Assembly: GCA_963837955.1 (NCBI GenBank)
Contig: CAWIPH010000002.1
Coordinates: 4,416,001 to 4,480,000, forward strand
Source of the DNA: an uncultured Verrucomicrobiae bacterium
GTDB taxonomy: Bacteria; Verrucomicrobiota; Verrucomicrobiia; Chthoniobacterales; JAFAMB01
DNA length: 64,000 nt
Direction of reading: 5' to 3'
Part shown: piece by piece, positions 63,333 through 64,000 of the stretch
How the letters are laid out: every line of letters begins with the position of its first letter
Numbering within the stretch: the first letter of the stretch is position 1
The notes under the pieces: generated by a model
What the model was told of the DNA's origin: nothing
The model's input: only the letters and a program-made list of their open reading frames with translations
The model's database searches: none
Position numbers and translations under genes: made by a program

Positions 63333-63945
63333 CGCCGGGGTGCAGGTTCAGAACATAGGTAACACAATAGGTTCAATACATAGGTAACACTTTTGGGCGG
63401 AAGAGCGCTAAAAGAAGCGCTCATGCCCTGGAAGAAGAGTGAACCTATGGAGCAGAGAGTAGAATTTGCGTTGCGGGCGCTAAGGGCGGAGAACTTTCGG
63501 GCACTGTGCCAGGAATACGGGATCAGTGCCAAGACCGGCTATAAATGGCAGGAGCGCTTCTTACGCTTTGGGATCGGAGGGATGGAAGAAGCATCGCGCC
63601 GGCCCCATAATCATGCGGACCAACTTGGGGAAGCGGAGGTCTGTGCGATCGTGAGCTTGAAAGTAGCTCACCCTCGGTGGGGACCACGCAAGATTCGGGA
63701 GCTGTACTTGCGTCAGCATGGCGAGGTGGCCAGCGAAAGCAGCTTTAAGCGAGTCTTAGAGCGAGCTGGGCTTACTGAGAAGCGCAAGCGCCGTCGGATC
63801 GTGGCCCAAGGGGGCAGATTGAGCAGCGGCCGAAGAGCCCAGGCAGTCAACGAAGTCTGGACGGTAGATTTTAAGGGCTGGTGGAGGACCAGAGCCGGCC
63901 GCTGTGAGCCCTTGACGAACCGATGTTCTGACTGCTCCCCGGGCG
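63333..63945 (+). mobile_element. Internally deleted IS481-family element
   Basis: Imperfect 28-bp IRs at 63333-63360 and 63918-63945; tandem GGTTCA..ACATAGGTAACAC sites at the left end. Confidence 0.75.
63423..63917 (+). pseudogene. Truncated IS481-family transposase
   Basis: Manual translation MPWKKSEPMEQRVEF...GISAKTGYKW...HPRWGPRKI...NEVWTVDFKG...RCEPLT, then homology is lost; frame runs into a heptamer repeat, so it is absent from the ORF track. Confidence 0.85.
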
Positions 63946-63961
63946 CTACTGGCTGCTCACC

Positions 63962-64000
63962 GCTTACTGCTTACTGCTTACTGCTTACTGCTTACTGCTT
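63962..64000. repeat. TTACTGC heptamer array running off the window
   Basis: Directly visible. Confidence 0.9.

Overview
A bacterial chromosomal window. The gene set and repeat style suggest a soil Verrucomicrobiota/Spartobacteria-like organism, but this is an inference only. Housekeeping and metabolic blocks: lysC, proBA, a NitT/TauT ABC transporter, trpD, gcvTH and gcvP, an LptF/G-family permease, aguAB, a cyclophilin, queA, leuCD and a complete malonate decarboxylase operon mdcABCDEFGH with a divergent LysR. These sit among unusually repeat-rich intergenic DNA. Main observations: (1) a two-gene Gly/Trp-rich precursor plus radical SAM/SPASM locus (GrrA/GrrM type, probably cyclophane-forming RiPP) with 11 W-x-N/K motifs, bracketed by ~200-bp direct repeats; (2) a solitary HUH/Y1 transposase (RAYT-like) flanked by REP palindromes, where two copies of a ~504-bp MITE sit in the same 4-bp site (AGGA) of two different REP copies; (3) a 27-43 kb stretch where unrelated single genes alternate with modular repeat blocks bounded by CTCACGC...GCGTGAG inverted ends; (4) further MITE/REPIN elements and an internally deleted IS481 at the right edge. 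No rRNA, tRNA or CRISPR array was recognised. All calls are made by eye from sequence and protein motifs, with no database searches.
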